The position numbers and the translations under genes were made by a program. A model generated the notes under the pieces. It did not search any database, had not been told where the DNA came from, and worked only from the letters and a program-made list of their open reading frames with translations. From IMG/VR virus record IMGVR_UViG_3300040856_003054, positions 32,001 to 96,000 of that record: DNA of 64,000 nt, one strand, 5' to 3'. Below are positions 1-10,684 of this stretch, piece by piece (position 1 is the first letter of the stretch; each line of letters opens with the position of its first letter). The DNA comes from a virus.

Positions 1-1
1 T

Positions 2-3000
2 CTCCGTAAGACCAAAATTCGTCCAAAGTATATTCCAAATCCTGAGAATGATAATATTGAAAGATCTGCAATTTTCAGAGTAACTGGTGCATGTTACTTT
101 TGGCAGTATTCAATTCTTGATGGTGATCCAAGTAGCGTAGTATATAAAGATTATACAACTAACACATTTGTTCCTAACTTCTCTCACCACAAACTCACCT
201 GTTTTGAGTATGCTGATGGAACTAATCCAGTAGATATTGATGATGCTTTCCTAACTTATAGTACAACCAGAACTGATCTGGACATTTACTATGAGAAGGT
301 AGGACTTGCATATGGTCCTTCTTCTGGACGTGAAATCGAACCAGATTATCCTTCATCTTCACTTGATATTCAACCAAAGATTGATGAATTTCGTATTGTT
401 GGTCCAACAGGCGGTGAAGTTGGTATCAGTAGCATCAGAGCAGGTGATGGAGTAACATCATCCACAGTGATCACTGTCACAACTACTGATGTATTTGAGC
501 AACTTGCTGTTGATACTGCAATTCAAGTTAATGGAATTACTGCAACTGGATATGATGGTCAGTATGTTGTAACTGATGTTGTTAGTGCAAATGAATTTAA
601 GTATCAGGTATCTTCTGCACCTTCAAATCCACTTCCAACACCAACAGGAGCAACAGTAAATCTTTCTGTTGATACAGTTTCTTCTGCTTCTCCATATATC
701 TTTAACGTATCACTAAGATCCGTTTATGGTATGTGTGGTCTTCATGCAGATGGAGATAAGGCAGATGGATTCAAGTCAATGGTTGTTGCTCAATTCACTG
801 GAATTGGACTACAAAAAGATAACAATGCATTTGTAAAATATGATCCAAATAGTGGAACATATAAGGATTCCACTTTTGCTGGAAATGAGAACATTCATAG
901 TGATTCATTAGCAGTTTATAAACCAACATACGAAAACTACCATATTAAGTGTTCAAATAATTCATTCCTACAGATTGTTTCTGTATTTGCGATTGGATTT
1001 GCACAACACTTTGTTGGAGAAACTGGTGGAGATCAATCAATCACCAACTCTAACTCTAACTTCGGTGCTAAATCACTGATTGCATCTGGTTTCAGAAAGG
1101 ATGCATTTTCTAGAGATGATGTTGGTTACATTACTCATGTCATTCCACCAAAAGAACTCACTACTCCAACTACAAACATTGAATTTGATGCAATTGATGT
1201 TGCAGCAACTGTTGGAGTTGCATCAACCAATCGTCTATACTTATATAATAGAACTAACGAAGACGTTAGACCGGATAATGTTATCGAAGGATATCGTATT
1301 GGTGCAAAAGAAAATGATTCTATTCAGTGTCTGATCTCTCAAGGTGGGTCACCTATTGAGTATTCGGCAAGAATCATTATTCCTAATACTCAATTTACAT
1401 CTGATGAAGTAACTTCAGAAAAGAAATTTGTAGTAGGAAGATCTTCAGGTATCAATAGCATTTCTTCTAACGTTATTACTCTTACAAGACCACATAGTTT
1501 TATTGAAGGTGAATCAATTCGCTTCTTAAGTGATACTGGACAACTTCCTGATGGACTTGAGAATAATAGAATTTATTACTCAATTACTAGTGGCATCAAC
1601 ACAGATCAAATTAAGGTTGCAAAGACACTTAATGATGCGCTAAATGACCAAGAACTTACGATTAATAATAAGGGTGGATCAATCAATGTAGTTTCTAGAG
1701 TTTCTGACAAGAATTCTGGAGACATTGGACATCCAATTCAATATGATTCTTTACAAAGTCAATGGTATATTAACGTTGCAACTGCATCAACTGATAATAA
1801 TCTATACTCAACTATTGTATCTCTTGGTTCTTCTGTTCTTGGTGCCGCAACTCCAAGAACTTATATCACAAGACAACCAGATACAAGAAACCTTGCAGAT
1901 ACAATTTATAAAGTTAGATATGTAATTCCTTCTGGTTCTGGTATCACTTCTGCAAGACCTCCAATTGATGGATTTGTTATTCAGGAATCTGGTGATACTT
2001 CAGGAGCAACAAATGCTGAGGTTCAAAGTTACTTCAGTCCAACAACAGTTTCTCTGTCAAATGTAAGTGAGCAAAGAAACTTCAAGTTCATTTCAAATGT
2101 AACTTGGGATGGTACTTTTGCATATTATCAAACTGAACTTCCTCATAATCTATCTGTAGGATCTGTTGTTGAAGTTCTGAATGTAACCAGTACAAATAAC
2201 ACGACTGGTATTGCAAGTGCTGCATTTAACAATACATTTAATGTTGTCGGTGTCAGTAGTGCCAAGTCATTCCAAGTTGCTCTTGGAGAGAATCCTGGAA
2301 CGTTCACAAACGATCTTTCAAGTAGAACAACGTCTCTTCCAACATTTAGACGTAAGAGATTTAACGATACCTATTACATCTATCGTTCTCAAGAGATTCA
2401 ACGATATGTTCCAGGTGAGCAAGATGGTGTCTATCACTTAGTTGTTCTAAATGCATCTAACAAACCAACAGTAACACCATTCTCTGGACAAAACTTCTCA
2501 CAACCTGTTCAGAATCTATATCCACAAACCAATCGTGATAATCCTGCATCTGATCCACAGGAATCTGTGTCTTATGCAGTAGCAACTCCAGTTGGTCAGG
2601 TTGTAATTGATGATCCAAAGCACAGTGTTACAAAAGAAACAATTAACAAGAATCTAGATGATATTAATGTAGGTTTTGGAATTACTAATATTGTTTCAAA
2701 TGTAGCAGGAACTGCACATACCATCTATACAAATATTGATCATGGACTAAACAGAATCACATCAGTAAGTATTGCAAGTAGTGGTACTGGTTATGGTAGT
2801 GGATCTGCAGTATCACTTTATAATGCACGTCTTGTAGGATTTGCTGGTTCTACAACAGGTAACTATGCAACTGCAAGAATTACTGTTGATGGAATTGGTG
2901 GAATCACTGCTGTCAAGATTATGGACGGTGGTTCTGCATATGGTATTGGTAATACTCTTGCTGTTGTCGGTGTTGCAACCACTGCAGGATTTGTACAAGG

Positions 3001-5404
3001 TTATGTTACTGTTACTGATATCTATGATAACACTGGTGATGTAGTCAGAATTACTGGCGTATCATCTGAATCACTATCACACTATAACCAACTCTATAGA
3101 GTCACTTCTGTTCCTGTTGGAGCAACTAAAGAAATCATCGTTGCTTCTGCATCAACAGTTGGTAATGCACATACAACAGGAATCGGTGCAGATTTAACAA
3201 CAGATGCTTTTGGATATCTTACTGGTGAAGCACTCAATGTAACTTCTCTTGTTTATGATAATGTTTCTGGTCTTGCAACAGTTACGACTGCACAGAGACA
3301 TGGACTTCGTGTTGATAACAAGGTTCGTATTGCAGGTGCTGATAATGCCTTCTATAATCGTGATTTTATTGTTACTAGAAATACTGATCTGAATAATTTT
3401 GTAATGAATATTGGTGTCGGAACCAATGTTCCCTCAACTTCTGGAACCATTTATGTTTACAGAAATGGTATTACTTCAAATGAAGGTAATGTGACAATTG
3501 AGAATGAAAATCTTGGTGGTCGTCAGGTTGTAGAATATGCAGGCATTACTACAACACTATCTGCAGTTATCTCAAGTGCATCTACTACTGATATTGAGAT
3601 TCAAGATATTTCCACACTAGATATCAACATTGGTGATTATCTGTTGATTGATGATGAAATTGTAAGAGTTAAGACAACTGTAACTGCAAATCCAATCTCA
3701 GTGTTCAGAGGTGTTCTTGGAACAAGAGCAACGACGCATGTTATTAATAGTGTGGTTAGAAGAATTCGCGTAAATCCCGTTGAGTTTAGAAGAAACTCTA
3801 TTCTTCGTGCATCGGGTCATACCTTTGAGTATCTTGGTTATGGTCCTGGTAACTACTCAACTGCGCTTCCTGAAAGACAGGATAGACAACTTTCTTCAGC
3901 AGAAGAATTTCTATCACAATCCATCAAGTATGATGGTGGTATCGTCGTTTACACTGGTATGAACAGTGATGGCGACTTTTATATTGGTAATAAGAAAGTC
4001 AGTTCTGCAACAGGTCAAGAAGAAGTATTTGATGCACCAATTCCTACAGTTACTGGTGAAGATATTGCACCAACTGGAGTTAGTGTTGGATTTGATGTTC
4101 TTTCACCACTTGAGGTTTCGATTAGTCGTTCACTCAGAGTTGAAGGTGGTCCAGATAACAACATCATTTCTGAATTTGATGGACCTGTTATTCTAAACAA
4201 CAAACTGACTTCCACATCTGATAAAGGTATGGAAGCGGCGTCAATCTTCCTACAAGGTGATGCTACAGTTTCTAGAAAGTTCACGGTAGGTATTACAACT
4301 CCTTCACTTTCTGGTAATCCTGGTGATGTTGTTTATAATGCAAGACCTGATCGAGGGGGAAATCTTGGATGGGTTTATACAAATCAAAACGACTGGTATC
4401 GTTTTGGATATATAAGTCTATCTCAAGATAAAAATATAGCAATTTTTGATCAGGTTGGTGTTGGAACAACTGCAAGAATTCCTGGTGATAATACTTTCCA
4501 AGTCGGTTCAGGTTCTTCTGAGTTCTTTGTCAGCGGATCTGGTGAGGTTGGTATAGGAACAACTTCAACTCAAGGATATAAAGTATTTGTTGATGGTAGT
4601 GTATATGGAACATTCGTTGGAGATGGTGCAGGATTAACAAATCTTGATAGTATTTGGGCAGAAGATCTAACTTCAAACTGGATATACACTAGAGATAATG
4701 TAGATTTTAAAGTCGGAATTGGTACAAGCATTGGAGTTACAGCACAACTTGAAATTGCAGGAACTGCTGCAACATCACTTTATGTAAAAAATGGATCAAG
4801 ATTTATTTCCACAGCAAACTTTGAATCTGAAGTTTCTATTGGTGGAACTTTAACTGCTACCAAGTTTAGGTTAGATAGTCCTACAAGTGGGTATATTCGA
4901 AGTGGAGTTACTACATCATCAATTATCCATGTTGGAACTTCAGGAACAACATTCAATGCAAGTGTTTCTACTGGTAATGTTGGTATTGGAACTTCTGTTG
5001 CCAGAGCAAAACTTGATGTAGAAGGAACTGTAAGATTTAAAACTTACTTTGAAGCGGTACATCAATTAAGCATAAGTTCTGGTGTGGTTACGGTAGATTT
5101 ATCTAAAGCAAGATCATTTACATTAAATGTAAATGAAAATATTACTCAGTTCACACTAACTAATCCACCAACAGATGCTACATCATTTACACTCAAGATA
5201 ACCCAAGATTCTACTGGTGGTCACAATGTCGGTATTGATACATTCAAGACATCAGGTGGTGTTACTATTCCTGTATATTGGCCAGGTGGTGGTGTTCTAC
5301 CTATTGTTACGACGACAGCAGATAGAACTGACATCTATTCATTCATGACTTTTGATGGTTGTAGTTCTCTCTATGGTGTAATTGGAGGTCAGAACTTCTC
5401 ATGA
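2..5404 (+). CDS. Large tail fibre / virion structural protein (5'-truncated by the window edge)
   Basis: Frame appears open from base 2 (LRKTKIRPKYIPNP...). Thr/Ser/Gly-rich beta repeats, VGIGT motifs and a C-terminal WPGG..P..TTTA...DIYSF domain typical of cyanomyovirus fibres. Confidence 0.85.
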   Translation, partial: LRKTKIRPKYIPNPENDNIERSAIFRVTGACYFWQYSILDGDPSSVVYKDYTTNTFVPNFSHHKLTCFEYADGTNPVDIDDAFLTYSTTRTDLDIYYEKVGLAYGPSSGREIEPDYPSSSLDIQPKIDEFRIVGPTGGEVGISSIRAGDGVTSSTVITVTTTDVFEQLAVDTAIQVNGITATGYDGQYVVTDVVSANEFKYQVSSAPSNPLPTPTGATVNLSVDTVSSASPYIFNVSLRSVYGMCGLHADGDKADGFKSMVVAQFTGIGLQKDNNAFVKYDPNSGTYKDSTFAGNENIHSDSLAVYKPTYENYHIKCSNNSFLQIVSVFAIGFAQHFVGETGGDQSITNSNSNFGAKSLIASGFRKDAFSRDDVGYITHVIPPKELTTPTTNIEFDAIDVAATVGVASTNRLYLYNRTNEDVRPDNVIEGYRIGAKENDSIQCLISQGGSPIEYSARIIIPNTQFTSDEVTSEKKFVVGRSSGINSISSNVITLTRPHSFIEGESIRFLSDTGQLPDGLENNRIYYSITSGINTDQIKVAKTLNDALNDQELTINNKGGSINVVSRVSDKNSGDIGHPIQYDSLQSQWYINVATASTDNNLYSTIVSLGSSVLGAATPRTYITRQPDTRNLADTIYKVRYVIPSGSGITSARPPIDGFVIQESGDTSGATNAEVQSYFSPTTVSLSNVSEQRNFKFISNVTWDGTFAYYQTELPHNLSVGSVVEVLNVTSTNNTTGIASAAFNNTFNVVGVSSAKSFQVALGENPGTFTNDLSSRTTSLPTFRRKRFNDTYYIYRSQEIQRYVPGEQDGVYHLVVLNASNKPTVTPFSGQNFSQPVQNLYPQTNRDNPASDPQESVSYAVATPVGQVVIDDPKHSVTKETINKNLDDINVGFGITNIVSNVAGTAHTIYTNIDHGLNRITSVSIASSGTGYGSGSAVSLYNARLVGFAGSTTGNYATARITVDGIGGITAVKIMDGGSAYGIGNTLAVVGVATTAGFVQGYVTVTDIYDNTGDVVRITGVSSESLSHYNQLYRVTSVPVGATKEIIVASASTVGNAHTTGIGADLTTDAFGYLTGEALNVTSLVYDNVSGLATVTTAQRHGLRVDNKVRIAGADNAFYNRDFIVTRNTDLNNFVMNIGVGTNVPSTSGTIYVYRNGITSNEGNVTIENENLGGRQVVEYAGITTTLSAVISSASTTDIEIQDISTLDINIGDYLLIDDEIVRVKTTVTANPISVFRGVLGTRATTHVINSVVRRIRVNPVEFRRNSILRASGHTFEYLGYGPGNYSTALPERQDRQLSSAEEFLSQSIKYDGGIVVYTGMNSDGDFYIGNKKVSSATGQEEVFDAPIPTVTGEDIAPTGVSVGFDVLSPLEVSISRSLRVEGGPDNNIISEFDGPVILNNKLTSTSDKGMEAASIFLQGDATVSRKFTVGITTPSLSGNPGDVVYNARPDRGGNLGWVYTNQNDWYRFGYISLSQDKNIAIFDQVGVGTTARIPGDNTFQVGSGSSEFFVSGSGEVGIGTTSTQGYKVFVDGSVYGTFVGDGAGLTNLDSIWAEDLTSNWIYTRDNVDFKVGIGTSIGVTAQLEIAGTAATSLYVKNGSRFISTANFESEVSIGGTLTATKFRLDSPTSGYIRSGVTTSSIIHVGTSGTTFNASVSTGNVGIGTSVARAKLDVEGTVRFKTYFEAVHQLSISSGVVTVDLSKARSFTLNVNENITQFTLTNPPTDATSFTLKITQDSTGGHNVGIDTFKTSGGVTIPVYWPGGGVLPIVTTTADRTDIYSFMTFDGCSSLYGVIGGQNFS

Positions 5405-7752
5405 GTCCTATTTCAGTAAATCTATCAAGAAAAATACCAACTGGTTTAGAAATAAATGGTCCAATATTGAGTTTTATTCAACAACCAGAATCTTTTTCTG
5501 CTTGTAGTGGAAATATATCAACCAGTTTTGTTGGATTTGCAACAGCTCTTTTTCCTGAGCAAACACCAGCAAATCCAGCACAAAATATAGGATCAATTGG
5601 TTATCAGTGGTATGAAGTTGGTGTTGGACCACTTTCTGACTCTGAAAGGATTGTTGGATCTGCAACTAGTTTTCTTACACTGGTCAATTTAACAAGCCCA
5701 GATGATAGTGAAAGAGAATTCTTTTTGAGAGCAACTCATAATGGAAGTGGATATGGTATTGGAAGTTCAACTCCAATAGCACAAAATAGTCCACTTGACT
5801 CTAACATTGTATCTCTAACAATTTTTCCAAGCATATCAATATCAACTCAACCTATTGATCTAACCGTTGGTATTGATAGATTTGCTGAGTTTACAGTTGG
5901 TGTTGATCTAAGTGATACTAGACAAGGAAATCTTTCCTATCAATGGACTTTAAATGGAAGTAATTTAGTTGATTCTACAAATGTTCAAGGGTCCAATACA
6001 GACACTCTTAGAATTCAGTCACAAAATGTTGGAATTAATACTGTTCAAGTAATTGTTACTCACCCAACTTCATGCATATCTCCACTATATTCTGAAGTTG
6101 TCTCCTTTAATGTTGTTGAACCTAGAGAAATTCTTAGGTTAGAAGGTATTACAAATTCATCAACTGCTATTGTTCAGGATTATGATTTATCAAATGGACA
6201 ATTTGAGTTTGATTATAGGAACTTTGATTCAAACTTAGTATATCTTTCTTTTTACTCTTTGGAAAAACCCATAGAATTAGAATTAGATCTTTATGGTGCA
6301 AAGGGTACTAATAATGGATCTTATATTGGTGGAAATGGTGGATACTCCAGAATCAGAGTGAATATGGATAAAAATGAAGAATTTATTTTTTCTGGATTTG
6401 CTGGAGGATCTCTTTCATTATATCGAAAATCAAAATTAATTGCTACTGTTGGCGCTGGCGGGGATGCTGGATCTGCAGGGAATGGTGGTTCTGGCGGCGG
6501 CGTAAATCTTTCTGGTATTGCTGGTGTTGGTAAAGATGGTGGTGCAGGAGGTACTCTTAAATCTGCTGGGCAACTAACTCTCAATGGAACTTTTGGATCA
6601 AAATATACTGGTTCGTTGTTACCAAAAGCATCTACACCAAGTGGAGGAGTAACAATTTCATGTAGTAAAGGAGATTATTGGGTAAACAGAGGATTTTCTC
6701 CTTGCACAGATATTGGCACTCAAAAGTTTTATCTGTCATCTGGAACAGAAGTTACAAATACTTCTTCAATCACTAGGGGATTTAAGGCAGGATATACTGT
6801 AACATCTACCGGTGGATTGGGATTAGTTGGTGGAGGTAATGGTGGAAATGGTGCTACTGGAGGAAGTGGGGGAAGAAATGGTGCTGGTGGTGGAGGGGGA
6901 TCAGGATATACTGATGGTTCATCGGAAATTGTTAGAACATTGACTGGAGAGAGTACAAACACGACTCCTTTAATTCTTGTTCGTTCTCGTACATTTGTAT
7001 TTGATGTTGAATTTGATATTGAAATGTGGGGAGGAAAAGGTGCCGATCAAGGAATATTCCCAGACCTTCTCGATCCAAATAGTTCACAAAGAAAAGGTGG
7101 ACTTGGTGGATATACAAAACTATCAATGATTGTTCCTTCAAATTATACCTTACAAGTTAGACCATCTTACTATGCAGGTGGTGCATGGGGAGGTGGAGTT
7201 GCCTCTGGATTTGGAATACAGGATGAATGGATGTCAGTTGTTGGTGGTGGAGGAGGTGCTGGATCTTCAACATTATTCAGTTTCAATCCAGTATTTCCGG
7301 GCCCATTATCTTTAGGAGTCAGTCCTGGAGGTGCTGGATCTGGTGGATATGGATCTGGAGATCCTGCAAAAGGAGAAGATGGATCTGGATGTAGCGGAAC
7401 TGAACCCTCAAGAGATTTACTCTTTGGGGGAAGAGCAACTGGAGGTGGTGGAGGTGGAGCACCAAGAGGATTGGCCAATGGTGAAGTTTCTCCGTGCAGA
7501 GGATTTTGGTATGATCCAGGTGGAAGTGGATCTGGTGGATCGGGTGGTGGAGGAAATATAAGAATCTATAAAGATCAATCAATTCTTGATGGATACTTAA
7601 ATCTATTCTCAGATATTAAAATGACATATGTTACTCATTCAAATGGAGTAAGTAGTGCAGCAAAAGTTAGAATTACCAATAAAGAAACTGGAAATTTTGT
7701 TGACTATACAACTAACTCTGATGTTCCTCTAGTTGATATAAGTAATTTTTAA
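5401..7752 (+). CDS. Ig-like plus glycine-rich tail/adhesin-like protein
   Basis: Two Ig-like units (QP..., YQW..., S..V.L.V) followed by two Gly-rich GGxGG domains. ATGA overlap with the upstream gene. Confidence 0.75.
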   Translation: MSPISVNLSRKIPTGLEINGPILSFIQQPESFSACSGNISTSFVGFATALFPEQTPANPAQNIGSIGYQWYEVGVGPLSDSERIVGSATSFLTLVNLTSPDDSEREFFLRATHNGSGYGIGSSTPIAQNSPLDSNIVSLTIFPSISISTQPIDLTVGIDRFAEFTVGVDLSDTRQGNLSYQWTLNGSNLVDSTNVQGSNTDTLRIQSQNVGINTVQVIVTHPTSCISPLYSEVVSFNVVEPREILRLEGITNSSTAIVQDYDLSNGQFEFDYRNFDSNLVYLSFYSLEKPIELELDLYGAKGTNNGSYIGGNGGYSRIRVNMDKNEEFIFSGFAGGSLSLYRKSKLIATVGAGGDAGSAGNGGSGGGVNLSGIAGVGKDGGAGGTLKSAGQLTLNGTFGSKYTGSLLPKASTPSGGVTISCSKGDYWVNRGFSPCTDIGTQKFYLSSGTEVTNTSSITRGFKAGYTVTSTGGLGLVGGGNGGNGATGGSGGRNGAGGGGGSGYTDGSSEIVRTLTGESTNTTPLILVRSRTFVFDVEFDIEMWGGKGADQGIFPDLLDPNSSQRKGGLGGYTKLSMIVPSNYTLQVRPSYYAGGAWGGGVASGFGIQDEWMSVVGGGGGAGSSTLFSFNPVFPGPLSLGVSPGGAGSGGYGSGDPAKGEDGSGCSGTEPSRDLLFGGRATGGGGGGAPRGLANGEVSPCRGFWYDPGGSGSGGSGGGGNIRIYKDQSILDGYLNLFSDIKMTYVTHSNGVSSAAKVRITNKETGNFVDYTTNSDVPLVDISNF

Positions 7753-7754
7753 TT

Positions 7755-7762
7755 ATAAATAG
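7755..7762 (+). promoter_or_regulatory. T4-type late promoter TATAAATA
   Basis: Consensus about 40 nt upstream of ORF 7803, followed by an AAAGG-TAGG...CCT-CCTTT hairpin. Confidence 0.7.
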
Positions 7763-7802
7763 TTAAAATTAAAAAAGGTAGGCGCTCTCCTCCTTTAAGC
7801 AA

Positions 7803-8291
7803 ATGTCAAAAAGTAAAAAACATTTTTATGTCTATTATTCCTATGAACCGTGGGGAAGAGGTTATATAGGAAAAAGAGAATGTTGGTGTACTCCAGAAGA
7901 AGATGTAAAATACTTTGGTAGTTTTAGAGATAAGACATTTAAACCAACAGAAAAAATTATATTGGAAACATTTAGTAATGTAAATGATGCACTTAGTGCC
8001 GAATCTATGCTGCATTTTTTTTATGATGTAGATAATAATTCTCATTTTGTTAATACTTCAAAACAAACGACTACTAAATTTTATTTTAGTGCTTCCGGTA
8101 AAGATCATCCAAGATATGGAAAAGTAACTCCAAAAGAAGTTCGTGAAAAGCAAAGTAAAAGTATGATGGGTAAAAACAATCCAATGTATGGGAAAAAAAG
8201 ATGTCATAATGAAGAAACAAGATTAAAAATCAGCAAAAAAGTGAGAGAATATGAATTAAGAAAACTTCAACATCAATCTGGAGGTAACTAA
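7803..8291 (+). CDS. Free-standing GIY-YIG (Seg-like) homing endonuclease with NUMOD3
   Basis: FYVYYSYEPWGRGYIGKR motif; GKNNPMYGKK..H.EETRLKIS NUMOD3-like repeat; AT-rich. Confidence 0.8.
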   Translation: MSKSKKHFYVYYSYEPWGRGYIGKRECWCTPEEDVKYFGSFRDKTFKPTEKIILETFSNVNDALSAESMLHFFYDVDNNSHFVNTSKQTTTKFYFSASGKDHPRYGKVTPKEVREKQSKSMMGKNNPMYGKKRCHNEETRLKISKKVREYELRKLQHQSGGN

Positions 8292-8293
8292 TC

Positions 8294-10672
8294 ATGTCTG
8301 TCAATAAGAATTTTGCCATAAAAAATGGTTTGGAGGTAAATACCAAACTCATTCTGGCAGATGCTAATACAAATAAGGTAGGTATTGGTTCTACTGGTCC
8401 AAGATTTGAACTAGATGTTGCTGGCGGTATTGGTGCAACAGATCTTTATGTTAGTGGAATTTCTACAGTCATTTATGAGTTTAATGTAGGAACTGATGGT
8501 AACGTTCTTACTGTTTTAGGTGTTGGTGGTTCTGTTGGTGTCGGAACTGCTCTCCCAGGTTATCTACTAGATGTAAGATCTCCTGTAAGCACTGGACAAA
8601 CAGCACTTTACGTTTATGGTGACTTAGGTGTAAGTGGCGATCTTAATATTGATGATATCAATCTAGATCAAGCTAATATTAATAGATTATATGTAGCACA
8701 AAATCTTGACATAACTGGATCAGGAACTCTAAATGTTGGTGGAATAAGTACATTTAATGGTTATGTAGATATAAACTCTAATACTGACATCTTAGGAACT
8801 CTAAATGTTGGTGGAATAAGTACATTTAATGGTTATGTAGATATAAACTCTAATACTGACATCTTAGGAACTCTAAATGTTGGTGGAATCACTACAATTA
8901 CCGATGTTACAGATTCGACTTCTCCAAATAGTGGATCACTTGTAGTAGATGGTGGTCTTGGTGTTGAGAAATCTGTTTATATTGGACAAAATCTTAATGT
9001 TCTTGGTAATGTTTCAGTCGCTGGAACATTTTTTACTGTTAATACTCAAGATGTCTATATTGCAAACAAAGACATCATTCTTGGATTTACAACTAATCCA
9101 ACTCCAAATGATGATACTGCGAATCATGCTGGTGTTGCAATTGCGTCAACTGAAGGAAGTCCTTTAATACCTTTTTCAGCATCTGGAATTAACACACTTC
9201 CAGATACTTACAAACAATTAATGTGGTTCAAGAGTGGAACTCTTGGATTCTCCACTGATATGTTTGGATTTAATTATGGTCTTGCTATTGGAACTACAAC
9301 AGTATCTGATGGTATTCGACTTGCTGTTGGATCTGACATAAGAATTACTGATGATACAATCAATACTGTTAATCTTAATGTCAACGGTATTGTTACATCT
9401 ACCTCAGGTATTGCAACTTATTATGGAGATGGACAATATCTTAATCTAAAGAATAGTTCATATGCTGGTATTGGTATTGGAACCACTGGTGGCACTGTTG
9501 GATATGGAATTACTTTCCTGGATTTTAAAGGTGCGGGTGTTTCTACCACACAATATAATTCAATCACTGGAATTGCTACTATCTTCTTTGAAGGTGGCGG
9601 TGGTGGTGGATCTATTAGTATTAGTACAGTCGCACCAACTTTACCAGGTTCCGGTGACTTGTGGTATAGTCCTGATTATGGAAGAACATTCATTTATTAT
9701 GATGAAACTGCAGTTGGATACGGAACAGATGCATATTGGGTTGATGCTGCTCCATTTAATCAAGGAATTAATGGTATTCTTGCTGGAGTTGCGTTCTCTA
9801 CTGGTAGTGCAACTTCTCCAAGTTTATATTTTGAAGGCGATGTTCAAACTGGTTTCTTCTCACCAACATTAGGGGAATTTACAGTAGTATCTACTGGTTC
9901 TTCCATATTAAATGTAAATTCTGGTGGAATTATTGTAACTGGTATTGCAACTGTTCCTTCTTTGAGTGTAACTAATGATGCGACGGTTGGTGGTGCATTA
10001 ACTGTCACTGGAAACTTTACTGTAAATGGAACTACAACAATTATTGACACAGTAAATTTAGTTATTGAAGATAAAAATATCAGTATTGGTTCAACTTCTG
10101 CAGCAACAGATTTAACAGCTGATGGTGGTGGAATTACAATTTTTGGTTCGACTGATAAGACCTGGACTTGGGAAAGAGATACTGGATGCTTTGAATATTC
10201 TGATCCAAATAAGTTTAAAGGTGTTGTAGAAACTGTAGCAGTTGGTGCAACTTATGACTTAGGTGGTGGTAAAGTTATTCTTGAGTTAGATGTCAGAAAT
10301 GCAACGACATATACTCACAGTTTAGCAAATGGTAGTGTAGGTATTGTATCCTTTAAGAATATGCCTGCTGATACTGGTGTTCAAAACGGTAGTACAATTA
10401 CTGTTTTATTCACTCAAAACGCAACAGGAACTGGCAATACTACTGGAGATGTTGGTGTTGGAACTGATTGTACTGTGATTGGTTATGAAGACGGAGCATC
10501 AGTTGTAGGAGTTACTACAGTTGCATTGGTAGGATCTGGTACAACTGTAACTCTTTCAGAAACTGCAAATGATGTAGATTTTGTATCATTCTTTATTCAT
10601 TATAATGGTGGTACAAATACTGATGATGCAAGTTATAAGATTTATGCCACCAAGAACGGTGGATTCCGCTGA
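8294..10672 (+). CDS. Tail fibre-like structural protein
   Basis: N-terminal KNF..KNGLEV, VGIGT repeats, GNFTVNGTTT..DTVNL.IEDK and ADGGGI motifs. Confidence 0.8.
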   Translation: MSVNKNFAIKNGLEVNTKLILADANTNKVGIGSTGPRFELDVAGGIGATDLYVSGISTVIYEFNVGTDGNVLTVLGVGGSVGVGTALPGYLLDVRSPVSTGQTALYVYGDLGVSGDLNIDDINLDQANINRLYVAQNLDITGSGTLNVGGISTFNGYVDINSNTDILGTLNVGGISTFNGYVDINSNTDILGTLNVGGITTITDVTDSTSPNSGSLVVDGGLGVEKSVYIGQNLNVLGNVSVAGTFFTVNTQDVYIANKDIILGFTTNPTPNDDTANHAGVAIASTEGSPLIPFSASGINTLPDTYKQLMWFKSGTLGFSTDMFGFNYGLAIGTTTVSDGIRLAVGSDIRITDDTINTVNLNVNGIVTSTSGIATYYGDGQYLNLKNSSYAGIGIGTTGGTVGYGITFLDFKGAGVSTTQYNSITGIATIFFEGGGGGGSISISTVAPTLPGSGDLWYSPDYGRTFIYYDETAVGYGTDAYWVDAAPFNQGINGILAGVAFSTGSATSPSLYFEGDVQTGFFSPTLGEFTVVSTGSSILNVNSGGIIVTGIATVPSLSVTNDATVGGALTVTGNFTVNGTTTIIDTVNLVIEDKNISIGSTSAATDLTADGGGITIFGSTDKTWTWERDTGCFEYSDPNKFKGVVETVAVGATYDLGGGKVILELDVRNATTYTHSLANGSVGIVSFKNMPADTGVQNGSTITVLFTQNATGTGNTTGDVGVGTDCTVIGYEDGASVVGVTTVALVGSGTTVTLSETANDVDFVSFFIHYNGGTNTDDASYKIYATKNGGFR
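8722..8889 (+). repeat. Perfect 72-bp tandem repeat, about 2.3 copies (GTLNVGGISTFNGYVDINSNTDIL)
   Basis: Identical units begin at 8723, 8795 and 8867. Confidence 0.95.
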
Positions 10673-10684
10673 TAAGAGGTAGAT

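Noticed and set aside
7755-7802. sRNA cassette in front of endonuclease 7803
   Set aside because: Only one late promoter and a short leader hairpin; no antisense loop or terminator.
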